This document shows positions 39,523-51,082 of a stretch of 64,000 nt of DNA, piece after piece; the first letter of the stretch is position 1; each line of letters begins with the position of its first letter. A model generated the notes under the pieces. It saw only the letters and a program-made list of their open reading frames with translations. It had not been told where the DNA came from and made no database searches. The stretch is taken from the NCBI GenBank assembly GCA_049426725.1, contig JBMSYN010000007.1, positions 2,291-66,290 of the forward strand, in the 5' to 3' direction. Both the position numbers and the translations under genes were made by a program. The stretch is from Candidatus Kapaibacteriota bacterium. GTDB taxonomy: Bacteria; Bacteroidota; Ignavibacteria; Kapaibacteriales; UBA961.

Positions 39523-39918
39523 TTAGCGTACTGTGCAAATAATTTCACCGCCTACATTGTAAGCGCGTGCCTGTTTGTCTGTCATCAATCCCTTTGATGT
39601 GGAGATGATGGCTATGCCCAAGCCATTGCTGACGCGGGGCAATTTTTCAACAGGTGAATAAATTCTTCTTCCGGACTTACTGACTCGCTGTATGTCCTGG
39701 ATTACCGGCTTGCCTTCATAGTATTTGAGTCCGACCTTGATGAATTTTTGGCCATTCTCTTCCATGAATGACACATCACCAACGAAACCTTGATCACGAA
39801 GAATCTCGGCTATCGCATGCTTCATTTTTGAAGCAGGTGCTGTGACATGTTTGTGGCGTGCCTGACCCGCATTGCGAATGCGGGTGATGAAATCTGCTAT
39901 GGTATCTGTTACCGGCAT
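39523..39918 (-). CDS. rpsH: 30S ribosomal protein S8
   Basis: MPVTDTIADFITRIRNA...GIAIISTSKGLMTDKQAR..NVGGEIICTV. Confidence 0.95.
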   Translation of the reverse strand: MPVTDTIADFITRIRNAGQARHKHVTAPASKMKHAIAEILRDQGFVGDVSFMEENGQKFIKVGLKYYEGKPVIQDIQRVSKSGRRIYSPVEKLPRVSNGLGIAIISTSKGLMTDKQARAYNVGGEIICTVR

Positions 39919-39940
39919 AATAGTATATCGTAAAGTTTAT

Positions 39941-40210
39941 TTACCAACTCGATTTGCGAATACCCGGAATTTTTCCTTCCAGGGCCAATTGGCGGAAGAC
40001 ATTTCGGCAAACACCGAATTTCTTATAGACTGCTTTTCCGCGACCAGTCACTGAACAACGACTGCGTACGCGTGTTGTTGAACTATTGCGGGGCAATTTC
40101 TGCAATGCTTCGAAATCTCCTGCCGCTTTCAATTCTTCACGCTTTGCCGCATATTTTGCCACAAGGCGCTTTCTTTTTTCATTTCTTGCTACAATGCTTG
40201 TCTTTGCCAT
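39941..40210 (-). CDS. rpsN: 30S ribosomal protein S14 (long 89-aa form)
   Basis: [20 protein letters not shown]...[22 protein letters not shown]. Confidence 0.95.
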   Translation of the reverse strand: MAKTSIVARNEKRKRLVAKYAAKREELKAAGDFEALQKLPRNSSTTRVRSRCSVTGRGKAVYKKFGVCRNVFRQLALEGKIPGIRKSSW

Positions 40211-40213
40211 GAA

Positions 40214-40840
40214 TTAACCTTTGCGGAAAGGAAAACCAAATTCTTTGAGAAGCGCAGATGCTTCCTCATCAGTTTTGGATGTTGTGACGAAAGTGATGTC
40301 CATACCTGCAATCTTTGTTACCTTGTCAACATCAATTTCAGGAAAAATAATCTGTTCCTTGATGCCAAGCGTAAGATTACCGCGACCATCGAATCCATTA
40401 TCTGAAAATCCTCGGAAGTCACGAATGCGAGGTGATGCGATATTGATGAATCTATCCAAGAATTCATACATTCTTGCACCACGCAATGTGAGGTGGCAGC
40501 CAATTGGCATGCCTTGACGAAGGCGGAAATTCGCGATCGCTTTTTTGGCTTTGCTAATCGCAGGACGCTGCCCGGTGATAAGCTCAAGCTCATTGACCGC
40601 AGATTGAAGAATCTTTGGATCCTGAACTGCTGCTCCTACACCCATATTGATACAAATCTTACTGATCTTTGGAACCTGCATCACTGATTTGTATCCAAAC
40701 TTTTCCTTCATTGTTGGCACTACTTGCTCCTTGTAAAAAGCATACAAGCGTGGTGCGGGCACGGGTCCGGAATATTCCTCAAGGCGTGCGCCTTCAGGCT
40801 TTAAGTCAAATTTTTTCGATTGTTGTTGGGCTTTTGCCAT
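40214..40840 (-). CDS. rplE: 50S ribosomal protein L5 (with about 28-aa N-terminal extension)
   Basis: [37 protein letters not shown]...[16 protein letters not shown], preceded by [30 protein letters not shown]. Confidence 0.95.
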   Translation of the reverse strand: MAKAQQQSKKFDLKPEGARLEEYSGPVPAPRLYAFYKEQVVPTMKEKFGYKSVMQVPKISKICINMGVGAAVQDPKILQSAVNELELITGQRPAISKAKKAIANFRLRQGMPIGCHLTLRGARMYEFLDRFINIASPRIRDFRGFSDNGFDGRGNLTLGIKEQIIFPEIDVDKVTKIAGMDITFVTTSKTDEEASALLKEFGFPFRKG

Positions 40841-40860
40841 GATTTTTCTCTATCCAAGTC

Positions 40861-41196
40861 TTAAGGCATTTTAATTTCTTTGCCGGATTTTACGGCAAGA
40901 CGCTTCACTTGTGCTCTACCATTTCCATCAACGGAACGCTCCAAACGAATGCGTGTTGGTTGTTTTGTTTCAGGGTCGATCAACATTGCATTTGAATATG
41001 CGATTGGCAATTCACGCTCAATTCTTCCACCTTCAGGATATGCCTGGCTCTTGCGCATGTGACGCTTGTGCACATTCACACCTTCTACGAGGAGACGACC
41101 TTTTTTTGCATCAACTTCAATGACGCGGCCTTCTTTGCCTTTGTCATCTCCGGAGATAATTTTTACCATATCATTTTTCTTGATTGCCATCTTCAT
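40861..41196 (-). CDS. rplX: 50S ribosomal protein L24
   Basis: [24 protein letters not shown]...[10 protein letters not shown]. Confidence 0.95.
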   Translation of the reverse strand: MKMAIKKNDMVKIISGDDKGKEGRVIEVDAKKGRLLVEGVNVHKRHMRKSQAYPEGGRIERELPIAYSNAMLIDPETKQPTRIRLERSVDGNGRAQVKRLAVKSGKEIKMP

Positions 41197-41208
41197 GATA
41201 TTCGATCC

Positions 41209-41577
41209 TTATAATACCTCTGGTGCCAGAGAAACGATTTTCATGAAACCACTATCACGCAATTCGCGTGCCACAGGTCCGAAAATACGAGTGCCTCTCG
41301 GCTCACCTTGATTGTTCAGAATGACAGCTGCATTCTCATCGAAGCGGATGAATGACCCGTCTCTGCGCTTGATTTCTTTTTTGGTGCGAACGACAACTGC
41401 TTTGCAGACTTCGCCTTTTTTCACACCTGCATTCGGAAGCGCACTCTTCACTGACACGACAATGATGTCGCCCACGCCGGCATAACGGCGTGCATGCCCG
41501 CCAAGGATACGGATGCAACGCACGCGCTTGGCGCCCGAATTATCCGCTGCAATAAGATTTGACTCTTCTTGTATCAT
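41209..41577 (-). CDS. rplN: 50S ribosomal protein L14
   Basis: [27 protein letters not shown]...[25 protein letters not shown]. Confidence 0.95.
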   Translation of the reverse strand: MIQEESNLIAADNSGAKRVRCIRILGGHARRYAGVGDIIVVSVKSALPNAGVKKGEVCKAVVVRTKKEIKRRDGSFIRFDENAAVILNNQGEPRGTRIFGPVARELRDSGFMKIVSLAPEVL

Positions 41578-41592
41578 CTCATTCTTCCTTAA

Positions 41593-41874
41593 TTACTTCG
41601 CACGATCGACAATTTCTACGAGCATCCAGCGCTTGCGGGCACTCAAAGGACGGCTTTCAATGACGCGCACGGTATCACCGATGCGACACTCATTTGCTTC
41701 ATCATGAGCCATGACCTTTTTTGTCTGCTTATAATATTTTTTGTACAGTGGATGAGCAACCTGACGCTCAATCGCCACAACAATACTTTTGTTCATGGCG
41801 GCACTGATAACTTTGCCTTGGCGGATTTTTTTTCCACTCGTTGAAGGCGCTTGCTCTGTTGCTTTAGTAGCCAT
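41593..41874 (-). CDS. rpsQ: 30S ribosomal protein S17
   Basis: [40 protein letters not shown]...[16 protein letters not shown] 41874 is preferred over the TTG at 41883. Confidence 0.9.
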   Translation of the reverse strand: MATKATEQAPSTSGKKIRQGKVISAAMNKSIVVAIERQVAHPLYKKYYKQTKKVMAHDEANECRIGDTVRVIESRPLSARKRWMLVEIVDRAK

Positions 41875-41904
41875 ATTATTCAATTCTAATTAGTGCGTTG
41901 TTTG

Positions 41905-42108
41905 TCAAACAGTGACATTCCGCTCACGCAATACCATTTTGATACGCGCAATATCTTTACGTAAAGTTCTGATCTGTGATGTATTCTCAAGCTGGCTCAT
42001 CGCCTTCTCAAAATTTCTCAAGACCAATGCTTCCTCAGTGGAAGTCAACATCTCCATTAATTCTTCCGTGGAGACTTGTCGGATTTCTGACGCTTTTTGC
42101 TTTTTCAT
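41905..42108 (-). CDS. rpmC: 50S ribosomal protein L29
   Basis: Small helical protein in the L16/S17 slot: [21 protein letters not shown]...[17 protein letters not shown]. The start overlaps the rplP stop (TAATG). Confidence 0.9.
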   Translation of the reverse strand: MKKQKASEIRQVSTEELMEMLTSTEEALVLRNFEKAMSQLENTSQIRTLRKDIARIKMVLRERNVTV

Positions 42109-42527
42109 TACTCTGTTGCATCCAAGCGAGTTACAAATTTTACTTTGATCGGCAATTTGTGCGAAGCCAATCTTGCAGCCTCTACTGCCTTCTCTTTTGG
42201 TACTCCGTCGATCTCAAAAAGGATGCGACCGGGCTTTACCACTGCCACCCAAAATTCAGGATTTCCTTTACCGGAACCCATTCGAACTTCCGCGGGCTTC
42301 TTCGTCACCGGCTTATCAGGGAAAATGCGAATCCACACTTTACCGTCACGACGGAGATAACGATTGATGGCAATACGGGCAGATTCAATCTGACGATTTG
42401 TAATCCATGCCGGCTCCATCGCTTTGATGCCAAAGGTTCCAAATGCAACCTGAGATCCACGATAGGCCTTGCCTCGCATTCTGCCACGTTGGGTTTTTCT
42501 ATGTTTTACTCTTTTAGGAATCAGCAT
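42108..42527 (-). CDS. rplP: 50S ribosomal protein L16
   Basis: [29 protein letters not shown]...[23 protein letters not shown]. Confidence 0.95.
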   Translation of the reverse strand: MLIPKRVKHRKTQRGRMRGKAYRGSQVAFGTFGIKAMEPAWITNRQIESARIAINRYLRRDGKVWIRIFPDKPVTKKPAEVRMGSGKGNPEFWVAVVKPGRILFEIDGVPKEKAVEAARLASHKLPIKVKFVTRLDATE

Positions 42528-42544
42528 TGTGCCATATCCTTCTT

Positions 42545-43189
42545 TTAATCTTTTGTGATAAGCTTACCAATTATTTCGCCACGGCAAATCCATGTTTTGA
42601 CACCAATCAAACCATAAACCGTTGAAGCCGTTGCTGTGCCATAATCAATGTCTGCACGCAATGTGTGCAATGGCACGCGACCTTCTTTGTACTGCTCAGT
42701 ACGAGACATGTCTGCTCCGCCCAATCGACCGGAACACATCACGCGTATTCCTTCTGCTCCCATTCTCATCGCTGCACCAACGGATTGCTTCATCGCCTTA
42801 CGGAATGAAACTCTTCCTTCAAGCTGCTGAGCAATATTCTCTGCAACCAATTGTGCATCAACTTCCGGACGCTTGATTTCGTGAATGAGGATTTTTACAT
42901 CCTTCTTCGAAATCTGTTTCAATTCTTCTTCCAAAAGCGTGATGTCCTTACCGGATTTTCCGATGATCACGCCAGGACGAGATGTGTGCAATGTGATGCG
43001 CAATTGTTTTGCTGTGCGCTCGATCACTATGCGGGCAACACCTGCTTTACGCTTACTGCTCTTGATATAAGAACGGACCATCAAGTCTTCAGACAATTTG
43101 TCGGCCACATTCTTTTCATCAAACCAGTTAGCATCCCAATGGCGAACAATGCCTAAACGGAGACCAATCGGATTTGTCTTCTGACCCAA
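42545..43189 (-). CDS. rpsC: 30S ribosomal protein S3
   Basis: [22 protein letters not shown]...[32 protein letters not shown] start with AGGAG 7 nt upstream. Confidence 0.95.
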   Translation of the reverse strand: MGQKTNPIGLRLGIVRHWDANWFDEKNVADKLSEDLMVRSYIKSSKRKAGVARIVIERTAKQLRITLHTSRPGVIIGKSGKDITLLEEELKQISKKDVKILIHEIKRPEVDAQLVAENIAQQLEGRVSFRKAMKQSVGAAMRMGAEGIRVMCSGRLGGADMSRTEQYKEGRVPLHTLRADIDYGTATASTVYGLIGVKTWICRGEIIGKLITKD

Positions 43190-43207
43190 AGTTCAACTCC
43201 TGTTATG

Positions 43208-43561
43208 TTACTGAGCAACTGAGACTTCAATCGTTAAATGATGCGAACGCTTTCTGATTCTATAAGCCCTACCCATGGGAGCAGGAGAAATGCGCTTCGC
43301 TGTGGGGCCTTGATTGACATAGGCCGCACTTACAAACAGCTTTCCTTCATCGACACGCTCATTGGCTGCAGTGGCCTTCTCCATGACATTCGCTATCGCA
43401 GAACGAAGAACCATTTCCGCATCCTTCGATGCCGATTTCGGAGAGAATTTCAGCGTCGCCAATGCTTGCGCCGCCGATTTTCCTCGTATCAAATCTATCA
43501 CCAATCGCATTTTGCGAGGTGAAGAGCGTAAATATCGCTTTGTTGCACGAGCATTGAGCAT
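43208..43561 (-). CDS. rplV: 50S ribosomal protein L22
   Basis: ATKRYLRSSPRKMRLVIDLIRGKSAAQALATLKF...KRISPAPMGRAYRIRKRSHHLTIEV. Confidence 0.95.
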   Translation of the reverse strand: MLNARATKRYLRSSPRKMRLVIDLIRGKSAAQALATLKFSPKSASKDAEMVLRSAIANVMEKATAANERVDEGKLFVSAAYVNQGPTAKRISPAPMGRAYRIRKRSHHLTIEVSVAQ

Positions 43562-43587
43562 AATTGTAAACCTTATTCAGCTACGGA

Positions 43588-43875
43588 TTATCGTTTTCCG
43601 GACTTTTGATCCTTTCTGTTTCCTGCATGTCCTTTGAATGTTCTCGTCGGAGAAAATTCACCAAGCTTGTGACCAACCATATTTTCTGTCACATATACAG
43701 GAATAAATTTATTTCCATTATGAACCGCAAAAGTGTGTCCAACAAATTCGGGTGCAATCGTTGATGCACGTGACCATGTTTTAATCACAGTCTTCTTGCC
43801 TGATTCATTCATTGCATCCACCTTCTTCATGAGTTTATAGTAGATGAATACGCCTTTTTTCAGTGAGCGAGCCAT
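43588..43875 (-). CDS. rpsS: 30S ribosomal protein S19
   Basis: [19 protein letters not shown]...[44 protein letters not shown]. Confidence 0.95.
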   Translation of the reverse strand: MARSLKKGVFIYYKLMKKVDAMNESGKKTVIKTWSRASTIAPEFVGHTFAVHNGNKFIPVYVTENMVGHKLGEFSPTRTFKGHAGNRKDQKSGKR

Positions 43876-43885
43876 AATGTCCTAA

Positions 43886-44722
43886 TTATTTTCTTTTACG
43901 AACAATAAGATCGGTTGACTTTTTCTTCTTCTTGCGAGTCTTCAAGCCTTTTGCAAGCTGACCCCAAGGTGAGCGTGGATGCTGGCGTCCACCACCGGAC
44001 TTGGATCTACCTTCTCCACCACCCATCGGGTGATCAATCGGGTTCATCGCCATACCGCGCGTCTGTGGGCGAACTCCCAACCAACGCATGCGTCCCGCCT
44101 TTCCATAAAGAATATTCTCGTGATCTGAATTTCCTACAACACCCAATGTTGCCATGCAAGACTGAGGTACTTTTCTGATTTCACCTGATGGCAACTTTAC
44201 CTGAGCCATACCACCATCAAAACCAACAAGCTGAGCACCTGTACCGGCACTGCGAACCATCTGTCCACCCTTTCCGGGCTTCATTTCAACATTGTGTATG
44301 AACATACCAACAGGAATTTTTTCCATCGGTAATGCATTGCCATCTTGAAGATCTGCATTTGGTCCGGACATTACTTTCTGTCCAACCTTTAATTTGTTGG
44401 GAGCCAAAATATATGCCAACTCTCCATCTTCATAACGCAATAATGCAATGCGGCAAGTACGATTCGGATCATATTGAATGCTCATGACTTCAGCTGAAAT
44501 TCCATGCTTTCTGCGCTTGAAATCTATGATGCGATATTTCTGCTTATGCCCGCCACCTCTATGTCTGGAGGTGATGCGTCCGGTATTATTGCGTCCACCA
44601 CTCTTCTTCTTAGGAACAAGAAGTGATTTTTCTGGTTGCGCTCCAGGTGTGATTTCAGAAAATGAACTCACTGAGTAAAAGCGCGTACCGGGCGTAATCG
44701 GTTTGAGAATTCTTAAAGCCAT
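43886..44722 (-). CDS. rplB: 50S ribosomal protein L2
   Basis: [29 protein letters not shown]...[23 protein letters not shown]. Confidence 0.95.
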   Translation of the reverse strand: MALRILKPITPGTRFYSVSSFSEITPGAQPEKSLLVPKKKSGGRNNTGRITSRHRGGGHKQKYRIIDFKRRKHGISAEVMSIQYDPNRTCRIALLRYEDGELAYILAPNKLKVGQKVMSGPNADLQDGNALPMEKIPVGMFIHNVEMKPGKGGQMVRSAGTGAQLVGFDGGMAQVKLPSGEIRKVPQSCMATLGVVGNSDHENILYGKAGRMRWLGVRPQTRGMAMNPIDHPMGGGEGRSKSGGGRQHPRSPWGQLAKGLKTRKKKKKSTDLIVRKRK

Positions 44723-44736
44723 TGTCTATCTCGAAA

Positions 44737-45042
44737 TTAATCTTCAGTATTACCTTCACCACCAACTAAGTCGATGCTATAACCTGGTGCAAGCGTCACA
44801 TAAGCCTTCTTACGAAGTGGTGTCGCACCACGCATCAAACCACGTCTTGTAAAACGAGTTTTGTTCTTGCCTTTCACATTCACCGTGCGAACAGAAGAAA
44901 CCTTCACATCATAAAGACGCTCAATGGCTGCCTTGATCTGGATTTTATTCGCATCTGTCGTCACTTCAAAAGCATATTGCTGCTTCTCTGCAAGCATCGC
45001 CGCTTTCTCTGTGAGCATCGGACGTTTAATTACTGTAATCAT
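44737..45042 (-). CDS. rplW: 50S ribosomal protein L23
   Basis: VIKRPMLTEKAAMLAEKQQYAFEVTTDANKIQIKAAIERLYDVKVSSVRTVNVKGK. Confidence 0.95.
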   Translation of the reverse strand: MITVIKRPMLTEKAAMLAEKQQYAFEVTTDANKIQIKAAIERLYDVKVSSVRTVNVKGKNKTRFTRRGLMRGATPLRKKAYVTLAPGYSIDLVGGEGNTED

Positions 45043-45068
45043 CGTTCTTTTGCCTAATTACTTCAGCA

Positions 45069-45689
45069 TTAAAAAGTTTGTACCAGATCCTGCAAGGCTT
45101 CCTTGCAAAGAATGATATTCTTGTGATTCAAAATGTCATAGGTGGAGGCAATAGTCGCAGGCAATGTTTTCACGCCCGGAATATTTCTTGCTGACATCAC
45201 TACATTGACATCTGAATCTTTTAACATGATGAGTGATTTCTGTCCATTGATATTCAATGCCTTCAATACACCAACCATGTTTTTGGTTTTGATCTCATCA
45301 AACCCAAGTCCTTCAACCACGAGAAGATTTTCTTCACGAACACGCAATGACAAAGCTGACTTACGTGCCAATTTTTTCATCTGCGCAGGAAGATATTGCT
45401 TGTAGAGATGAGGCCTTGGTCCGTGAATTGTTCCACCACCAACCCATACAGGTGAACGGCTTGAACCTGCTCTCGCAGTGCCACGACCTTTTTGTTTCCA
45501 TGGCTTCTTACCACCACCTCTTACCTCAGATCTAACCTTGGTTTTGGCTGTGCCTTGTCTTTGATTTGCCAAGTATGCTTTGACCGCAAGGTACATTGCA
45601 TGCTCACTTGGCTCTACATTGAATACCTCTTCAGGTAATTCTACCTGGCCGGTCACAGATCCGTTTTTTCCGTATACATTTACGAGCAT
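45069..45689 (-). CDS. rplD: 50S ribosomal protein L4
   Basis: AYLANQRQGTAKTKVRSEVRGGGKKPWKQKGRGTARAGSSRSPVWVGGGTIHGPRP. Confidence 0.95.
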   Translation of the reverse strand: MLVNVYGKNGSVTGQVELPEEVFNVEPSEHAMYLAVKAYLANQRQGTAKTKVRSEVRGGGKKPWKQKGRGTARAGSSRSPVWVGGGTIHGPRPHLYKQYLPAQMKKLARKSALSLRVREENLLVVEGLGFDEIKTKNMVGVLKALNINGQKSLIMLKDSDVNVVMSARNIPGVKTLPATIASTYDILNHKNIILCKEALQDLVQTF

Positions 45690-45700
45690 TGTTCTATACC

Positions 45701-46318
45701 TTACAGCTTCACAATTTCTACTATGGAATTAATTGCACCGGGAATGCTTCCTTTTATCACAAGCAAATTTTGCTCCGGCATGATATCAAGCACTTCGAGA
45801 TTTCGAATGCTGATTCTTGTACCACCCATACGACCCGCCATGCGCATACCCTTGAAAACTCTCGAAGGATATGATGATGAACCGATGGATCCTGGAGCAC
45901 GCTCGCGATCCGATTGTCCATGAGATGTACCGCCAACACCACCAAAGTGATGTCTTTTCATAACACCCTGGAAACCACGACCTTTAGAGGTTCCGGAAAC
46001 TTTCACCATGTCGCCAATCTTAAGAATGCTGTCCACTGTTACAGTTTCACCTGGTGCAACTGTCACATTGTCCAATCTGAATTCTTTGATATGACGCTTC
46101 GGTGCCAAACCTGCCTTCTTGAAATGTCCGGCAAGTGGCTGGGATACCTTGCGCTCCGCTATGTCTCCATAACCGAGCTGAACGGCAGTATATCCGTCTT
46201 TATCTATGGTGCGGACTTGCACTACGGCACATGGTCCGGCTTCGATGACTGTACAGGGCACATATTCACCGTTCTCGCTGAATATGCTCGTCATGCCCAA
46301 TTTTCGACCTAATAGCAT
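45701..46318 (-). CDS. rplC: 50S ribosomal protein L3
   Basis: LGRKLGMTSIFSENGEYVPCTVIEAGPC...GTSKGRGFQGVMKRHHFGG...HGQSDRERAPGSIG. Confidence 0.95.
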   Translation of the reverse strand: MLLGRKLGMTSIFSENGEYVPCTVIEAGPCAVVQVRTIDKDGYTAVQLGYGDIAERKVSQPLAGHFKKAGLAPKRHIKEFRLDNVTVAPGETVTVDSILKIGDMVKVSGTSKGRGFQGVMKRHHFGGVGGTSHGQSDRERAPGSIGSSSYPSRVFKGMRMAGRMGGTRISIRNLEVLDIMPEQNLLVIKGSIPGAINSIVEIVKL

Positions 46319-46331
46319 CTTGTCTTTCTCC

Positions 46332-46646
46332 TTAGACCTTTACCTCGACATCAACACCTGCTGGAAGCTCCAAACGCATCAACGCGTCAATCGTGCGTTG
46401 CGTCGAGCTGAAGATATCTATCAGACGCTTATGAACTCGCGCCTCAAACTGCTCGCGCGATTTTTTATCAACGTGTGGCGAGCGCAAAACCGTGTACACG
46501 GTCTTTTCCGTTGGTAACGGAATCGGACCGGATACTACCGCTCCTGTTTGCTTTATAGTGCGAACAATACGCTCGGACGATTTATCAATTAGGTTGTGAT
46601 CGTACGATTTAAGTTTGATACGAATCCTTTGGGTTGCCACGCTCAC
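46332..46646 (-). CDS. rpsJ: 30S ribosomal protein S10
   Basis: [66 protein letters not shown] start with GAAGG upstream. Confidence 0.95.
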   Translation of the reverse strand: MSVATQRIRIKLKSYDHNLIDKSSERIVRTIKQTGAVVSGPIPLPTEKTVYTVLRSPHVDKKSREQFEARVHKRLIDIFSSTQRTIDALMRLELPAGVDVEVKV

Positions 46647-46652
46647 GTACCT

Positions 46653-46705
46653 TCAAAAAAAATGAGAGACAAAAGAGGGTAGGGATGATACATTCATCCC
46701 TACCC
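46653..46705 (-). terminator. Hairpin plus U-tract between tuf and rpsJ: tuf terminator and/or S10-operon leader attenuator
   Basis: Perfect 12-bp stem, gggtagggatga (46677-46688) with tcatccctaccc (46694-46705). On the minus RNA it is followed by UCUUUUGUCUCUCAUUUUUUUU, then GAAGG and the rpsJ GTG. Confidence 0.65.
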
Positions 46706-46715
46706 CACGGTACAT

Positions 46716-47924
46716 TTATTCAATAATCTTCGTTACAACACCTGCGCCTACAGTACGACCGCCTTCGCGAATAGCGAAACGAAGTCCTTCTTCCATAGCG
46801 ACTGGTGTAATGAGCTCTACTACAAGATTGTCAAGGTTGTCACCAGGCATAACCATCTCTGTTCCTGAAGGAAGAGATGCAACACCTGTCACATCAGTTG
46901 TACGGAAATAAAACTGAGGACGATATCCATTGAAAAACGGAGTATGACGACCACCTTCATCTTTTGTCAAAACATAAACCTGCGCATTGAACTTGTGGTG
47001 AGGTGTGATTGATCCTGTTTTCGCAAGAACCATTCCACGCTCAATCTCTGCTTTGTCAACACCACGAAGCAAAAGACCAACATTGTCACCTGCAACTCCT
47101 TGATCAAGAAGCTTGCGGAACATTTCAATACCGGTAACTGTGGTTTTCTTCTGAAGACCAAAACCTACCAATTCAACTTCCTCGTTCACATTGACGATAC
47201 CGCGCTCAACACGACCTGTCGCAACTGTACCACGACCTGTGATTGAGAACACATCTTCAACTGGCATGAGGAATGGCTTATCTGTATCACGAACTGGTGT
47301 TGGGATATAACTATCAACGGCATCCATGAGGTCATAGATTGGCTTCAAACGTGGATCATCAACCGGTACATCATCTGAAGTACCTGCATCAAGACCTTGA
47401 AGCGCTGAACCTTTGATGATTGGAATATCATCACCTGGGAATTCATACTTGGAGAGGAGTTCACGAACTTCAAGCTCAACGAGGTCCAACAATTCTGGAT
47501 CTGCGATGTCAACTTTATTCATGAACACAACGATACGAGGAACACCAACCTGACGAGCAAGAAGAATGTGCTCGCGTGTTTGAGGCATAGGTCCGTCTGT
47601 ACCTGCAACCACAAGGATTGCACCGTCCATCTGAGCTGCACCTGTGATCATGTTCTTCACATAATCGGCGTGACCTGGGCAGTCAACGTGTGCATAGTGA
47701 CGGTTAGCTGTTTCATACTCCACGTGAGCGGTATTAATGGTAATTCCACGTGCCTTCTCTTCGGGAGCATTGTCAATTGAATCATACGAACGCTTTGCAG
47801 ACAGACCGGACTTAGCCAATGCCATCGTAATCGCTGCAGTGAGCGTTGTTTTGCCGTGGTCAACGTGGCCAATTGTGCCGATATTGACGTGCGGCTTCGA
47901 CCTTTCAAATTTCTCTTTTGCCAT
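46716..47924 (-). CDS. tuf: Elongation factor Tu
   Basis: [33 protein letters not shown]...[26 protein letters not shown]. Confidence 0.97.
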   Translation of the reverse strand: MAKEKFERSKPHVNIGTIGHVDHGKTTLTAAITMALAKSGLSAKRSYDSIDNAPEEKARGITINTAHVEYETANRHYAHVDCPGHADYVKNMITGAAQMDGAILVVAGTDGPMPQTREHILLARQVGVPRIVVFMNKVDIADPELLDLVELEVRELLSKYEFPGDDIPIIKGSALQGLDAGTSDDVPVDDPRLKPIYDLMDAVDSYIPTPVRDTDKPFLMPVEDVFSITGRGTVATGRVERGIVNVNEEVELVGFGLQKKTTVTGIEMFRKLLDQGVAGDNVGLLLRGVDKAEIERGMVLAKTGSITPHHKFNAQVYVLTKDEGGRHTPFFNGYRPQFYFRTTDVTGVASLPSGTEMVMPGDNLDNLVVELITPVAMEEGLRFAIREGGRTVGAGVVTKIIE

Positions 47925-47979
47925 AGTGCACCTAATCGTGATAACTATATGTTATGAAAAATTGCTGTCGCTATGCTGT

Positions 47980-50037
47980 TTAATACTGCTTCAGCGTCGT
48001 AGGCTCGTAGTGTGAGAAGATCATTGTATAAGATCCTCTGCCTTGTGTCATGGATCGAAGTTTGGTCACATAACCAAACATTTCACTCAATGGCACAGAA
48101 GCTCTCACGCCCTGCGAGCTACCCTTTTGCGTAATCTCTTCAATCTTGCCTCTTCTGGAATTCAAATCGGCGATTACTTCACCAACATATTCCATCGGAG
48201 CTATTGCTTCTACTGCGAATACAGGTTCCAACAATGTTGGCTGAGCCAATCCAATGGCTTCTCTCACTGCATTTGCAACCGCAACCTTGCAAGCTATATC
48301 AGTTGTCTCTCCTTCTCGAATGCCGACATCAGTTATTTCAACTGTTATATCCACAATTGGATATCCGGCAATGGGACCTACACTCAATGATTCCTTGGCA
48401 CTTACCTGCAATGCTTCAAGCAATACAGCAGGCATCTTCGGAAGATTCTCTCCCAGCAAAACAATATTGCCGGCTCCGGAATCAGATGGCCGCAATGCTA
48501 CGGACACCTTCGCATATTGATTCTTGGTTCCAATCTGCTTGTCAAACTCAACTTCACCGGTTGAAGATCCAAGAATCGTTTCTCTGTAAGCAACCTGCGG
48601 CTTGCCAACTCTCGTCGCAACACCGAACTCACGCTTGAGTCTGTCAACCACGATGTCCAAATGCAATTCGCCAACACCACTGATGATGATCTGACCACTA
48701 TCCTGGTCATTGTTGAATTGAAATGTTGGATCTTCATCTGCAAGTCTGGCTAATGCATCTAACATTTTTGCCTGATCTGCCGTCGATTTTGCTTCAATCG
48801 ACTGATTGATCACAGGTTCAAGAAAACTGATTTTTTCAAAGAGCACTTGTTTGTCTTGATGACACAATGTGTCACCGGTCTTGGTTAATTTCAACCCGGG
48901 CAAAGCTACTATCTCACCAGCTTCGCATGATGTTAATTCATCACGCTTATTTGCCTGCATTCTGAGAATCTTTTGTACTCGTTCTCGCTTTCCAAGCGAA
49001 GCATTGTATATCATGTCTCCAACTTTTAGCGATCCGGAATACACTCGTATGAATGTCAATCGACCTACATACACATCTGTCAATACTTTGAATGCAAGAG
49101 CAGAAAATGGCTCAGAGGATGATGGCTTTCTCTCAATGACTTTCTCTGAATTTACAGGATCAAATCCTTTCACAATTCCTCTGTCAATTGGAGATGGTAA
49201 ATATCTCGTAACTGAATCCAATACTTGCTGAACGCCTTTGTTCTTAAATGAAGAACCACAACATACAGGCAAGAATGTGGAAGATATCACCGCAGCTCTG
49301 ATCGAAGCAATCAATTCTTCTTCTGAAATTTCTTCTCCACCAAAATACTTTTCAAGTAAAGCATCATTGGTTTCTGCAATCGACTCAATCAAAAATGCTC
49401 TCGCATCATCTGCTTGAGTTTTCATCGCTTCGGGGATTTCTCTCTCTTCAAAATTGTTGAGATCCTGTGCATCACTCCTGAAATGTAAATACTTCATAGT
49501 GATAAGATCAATAATGCCGGCGAATTCATCGGCACTTCCAACAGGTATGAAAATTGGAACGGGCTTCGCTCCCAAAATCTCGCGAATCGACTCAACTGCT
49601 TTTTCAAAATCAGCACCAATTCTGTCCATCTTGTTGATGTATACTATCCTCGGTACTCCAAATTGATCCGCCTGCCTCCAAACTGTCTCTGATTGTGGCT
49701 CAACTCCGGCAACTGCACAAAATACGGCAACCGCTCCATCAAGCACTCTCAAAGATCTCTGCACTTCAGCTGTAAAATCAACATGACCGGGCGTATCTAT
49801 GATGTTGATCTGATGACCATGCCAATAGCATGTGGTCGCAGCAGATGTTATCGTGATACCTCTTTCTCGCTCCTGATCCATGTAATCCATGAAAGCCGTG
49901 CCTTCATGAACCTCTCCCATCTTGTGGAGAGAACCGGAATAAAAGAGAATACGCTCGGTAGTTGTCGTCTTGCCTGCATCAATGTGAGCTATGATGCCTA
50001 TATTTCTATACTTATCCAGCTCAATTGTGCGCGACAT
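47980..50037 (-). CDS. fusA: Elongation factor G (str-operon copy, canonical-looking G domain)
   Basis: [62 protein letters not shown]...[12 protein letters not shown]. Sits between rpsG and tuf. Confidence 0.9.
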   Translation of the reverse strand: MSRTIELDKYRNIGIIAHIDAGKTTTTERILFYSGSLHKMGEVHEGTAFMDYMDQERERGITITSAATTCYWHGHQINIIDTPGHVDFTAEVQRSLRVLDGAVAVFCAVAGVEPQSETVWRQADQFGVPRIVYINKMDRIGADFEKAVESIREILGAKPVPIFIPVGSADEFAGIIDLITMKYLHFRSDAQDLNNFEEREIPEAMKTQADDARAFLIESIAETNDALLEKYFGGEEISEEELIASIRAAVISSTFLPVCCGSSFKNKGVQQVLDSVTRYLPSPIDRGIVKGFDPVNSEKVIERKPSSSEPFSALAFKVLTDVYVGRLTFIRVYSGSLKVGDMIYNASLGKRERVQKILRMQANKRDELTSCEAGEIVALPGLKLTKTGDTLCHQDKQVLFEKISFLEPVINQSIEAKSTADQAKMLDALARLADEDPTFQFNNDQDSGQIIISGVGELHLDIVVDRLKREFGVATRVGKPQVAYRETILGSSTGEVEFDKQIGTKNQYAKVSVALRPSDSGAGNIVLLGENLPKMPAVLLEALQVSAKESLSVGPIAGYPIVDITVEITDVGIREGETTDIACKVAVANAVREAIGLAQPTLLEPVFAVEAIAPMEYVGEVIADLNSRRGKIEEITQKGSSQGVRASVPLSEMFGYVTKLRSMTQGRGSYTMIFSHYEPTTLKQY

Positions 50038-50086
50038 AGTTTACAGCGCTACCAGGGTTAAATTGACAAAGAACGAATACTATTTC

Positions 50087-50554
50087 TTACCACTTGAAAT
50101 GTGCAAATGCTTTGTTTGCCTCAGCCATTCTATGCACATCATCACGCTTCTTTACTGATGAACCTTCACCATTCGCCGCTGCCATCAATTCTGAAGCAAG
50201 ACGAGAAGCCATTGATTTGTCACGACGCTCAGATGCATATAACTTTAACCAACGAATGGCAAGTGCTATGCGACGCTCTTCGCGTACTTCAACAGGTACT
50301 TGATATGTCGCTCCACCTACACGGCGTGAACGAACTTCAATGGCAGGAGAAACATTGCTCAATGCCTTGCGAAACACCTCAATCGGATCCTGCTTCATCT
50401 TGTCAGCAATGATGTCAAAAGCATTGTAGACCAAATTGCGCGCAGTGTTCTTCTTACCTTGAATCATCACTTTGTTGATGAATCTTGATACCATCACGTC
50501 ATTAAAACGTGGATCAGGCACCGCATATCGTTTCTCTGCTCTTTTCTTTCTCAT
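50087..50554 (-). CDS. rpsG: 30S ribosomal protein S7
   Basis: [25 protein letters not shown]...[19 protein letters not shown]...AFAHFKW. Confidence 0.95.
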   Translation of the reverse strand: MRKKRAEKRYAVPDPRFNDVMVSRFINKVMIQGKKNTARNLVYNAFDIIADKMKQDPIEVFRKALSNVSPAIEVRSRRVGGATYQVPVEVREERRIALAIRWLKLYASERRDKSMASRLASELMAAANGEGSSVKKRDDVHRMAEANKAFAHFKW

Positions 50555-50584
50555 ATATCTTTCTCTGGCTTATTCGATTCTCAA

Positions 50585-50971
50585 TTATTTACTACCTGCC
50601 GGCTTTGGACGCTTTGCTCCATACTTGGAACGCGCCTGCATACGATCCTTCACTCCCTGTGTATCTGCCGCACCACGAACAATGTGATAACGAACACCCG
50701 GAAGATCCTTCACACGACCACCACGAATCAATACAATCGAGTGCTCTTGAAGATTATGCCCCTCACCGGGGATATATGCAATCACTTCAAATTGATTTGT
50801 CAAGCGAACCTTCGCCACTTTGCGCAATGCAGAATTCGGCTTCTTCGGTGTTGTTGTATACACGCGAGTACAAACTCCACGGCGCTGAGGGCAACTGGCA
50901 AGTGCCGGAGATTTACTTTTCTCCACCAACTTTTTGCGACCTTTTCTTACAAGTTGACTAATCGTAGGCAC
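50585..50971 (-). CDS. rpsL: 30S ribosomal protein S12
   Basis: (V)[13 protein letters not shown]...[31 protein letters not shown]...[18 protein letters not shown]. Start reassigned to GTG 50971 (AAGGA 8 nt upstream). The track's upstream 24 codons are not S12-like. Confidence 0.93.
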   Translation of the reverse strand: MPTISQLVRKGRKKLVEKSKSPALASCPQRRGVCTRVYTTTPKKPNSALRKVAKVRLTNQFEVIAYIPGEGHNLQEHSIVLIRGGRVKDLPGVRYHIVRGAADTQGVKDRMQARSKYGAKRPKPAGSK

Positions 50972-51040
50972 GAATATATTCCTTACAAACTTCGTTTTTA
51001 AGCCAATGTCGGCGCTTTTTCGCATTTCCGACAGAGCTTG

Positions 51041-51071
51041 CAAAACTACACAAAATGTTAATAACCACCAA
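51041..51071 (-). promoter_or_regulatory. Candidate promoter for rpsL-rpsG-fusA-tuf (TTG-N20-TAgtTTTG)
   Basis: Minus-strand reading TTGgtggttattaacattttgtgTAGTTTTG, within the 111-nt spacer between the EF-G paralog stop and the rpsL GTG. Confidence 0.4.
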
Positions 51072-51082
51072 ACTTTATTTTT

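Noticed and set aside
41976-42548. 190-aa plus-strand ORF antisense to rpmC/rplP. Similar antisense ORFs lie at 38137-38520, 42851-43156 and 45914-46312.
   Set aside because: They lie entirely opposite highly conserved ribosomal protein genes. They have odd composition, no SD sequence or promoter box, and no recognisable motifs. Long antisense frames are expected opposite genes with strong codon bias.
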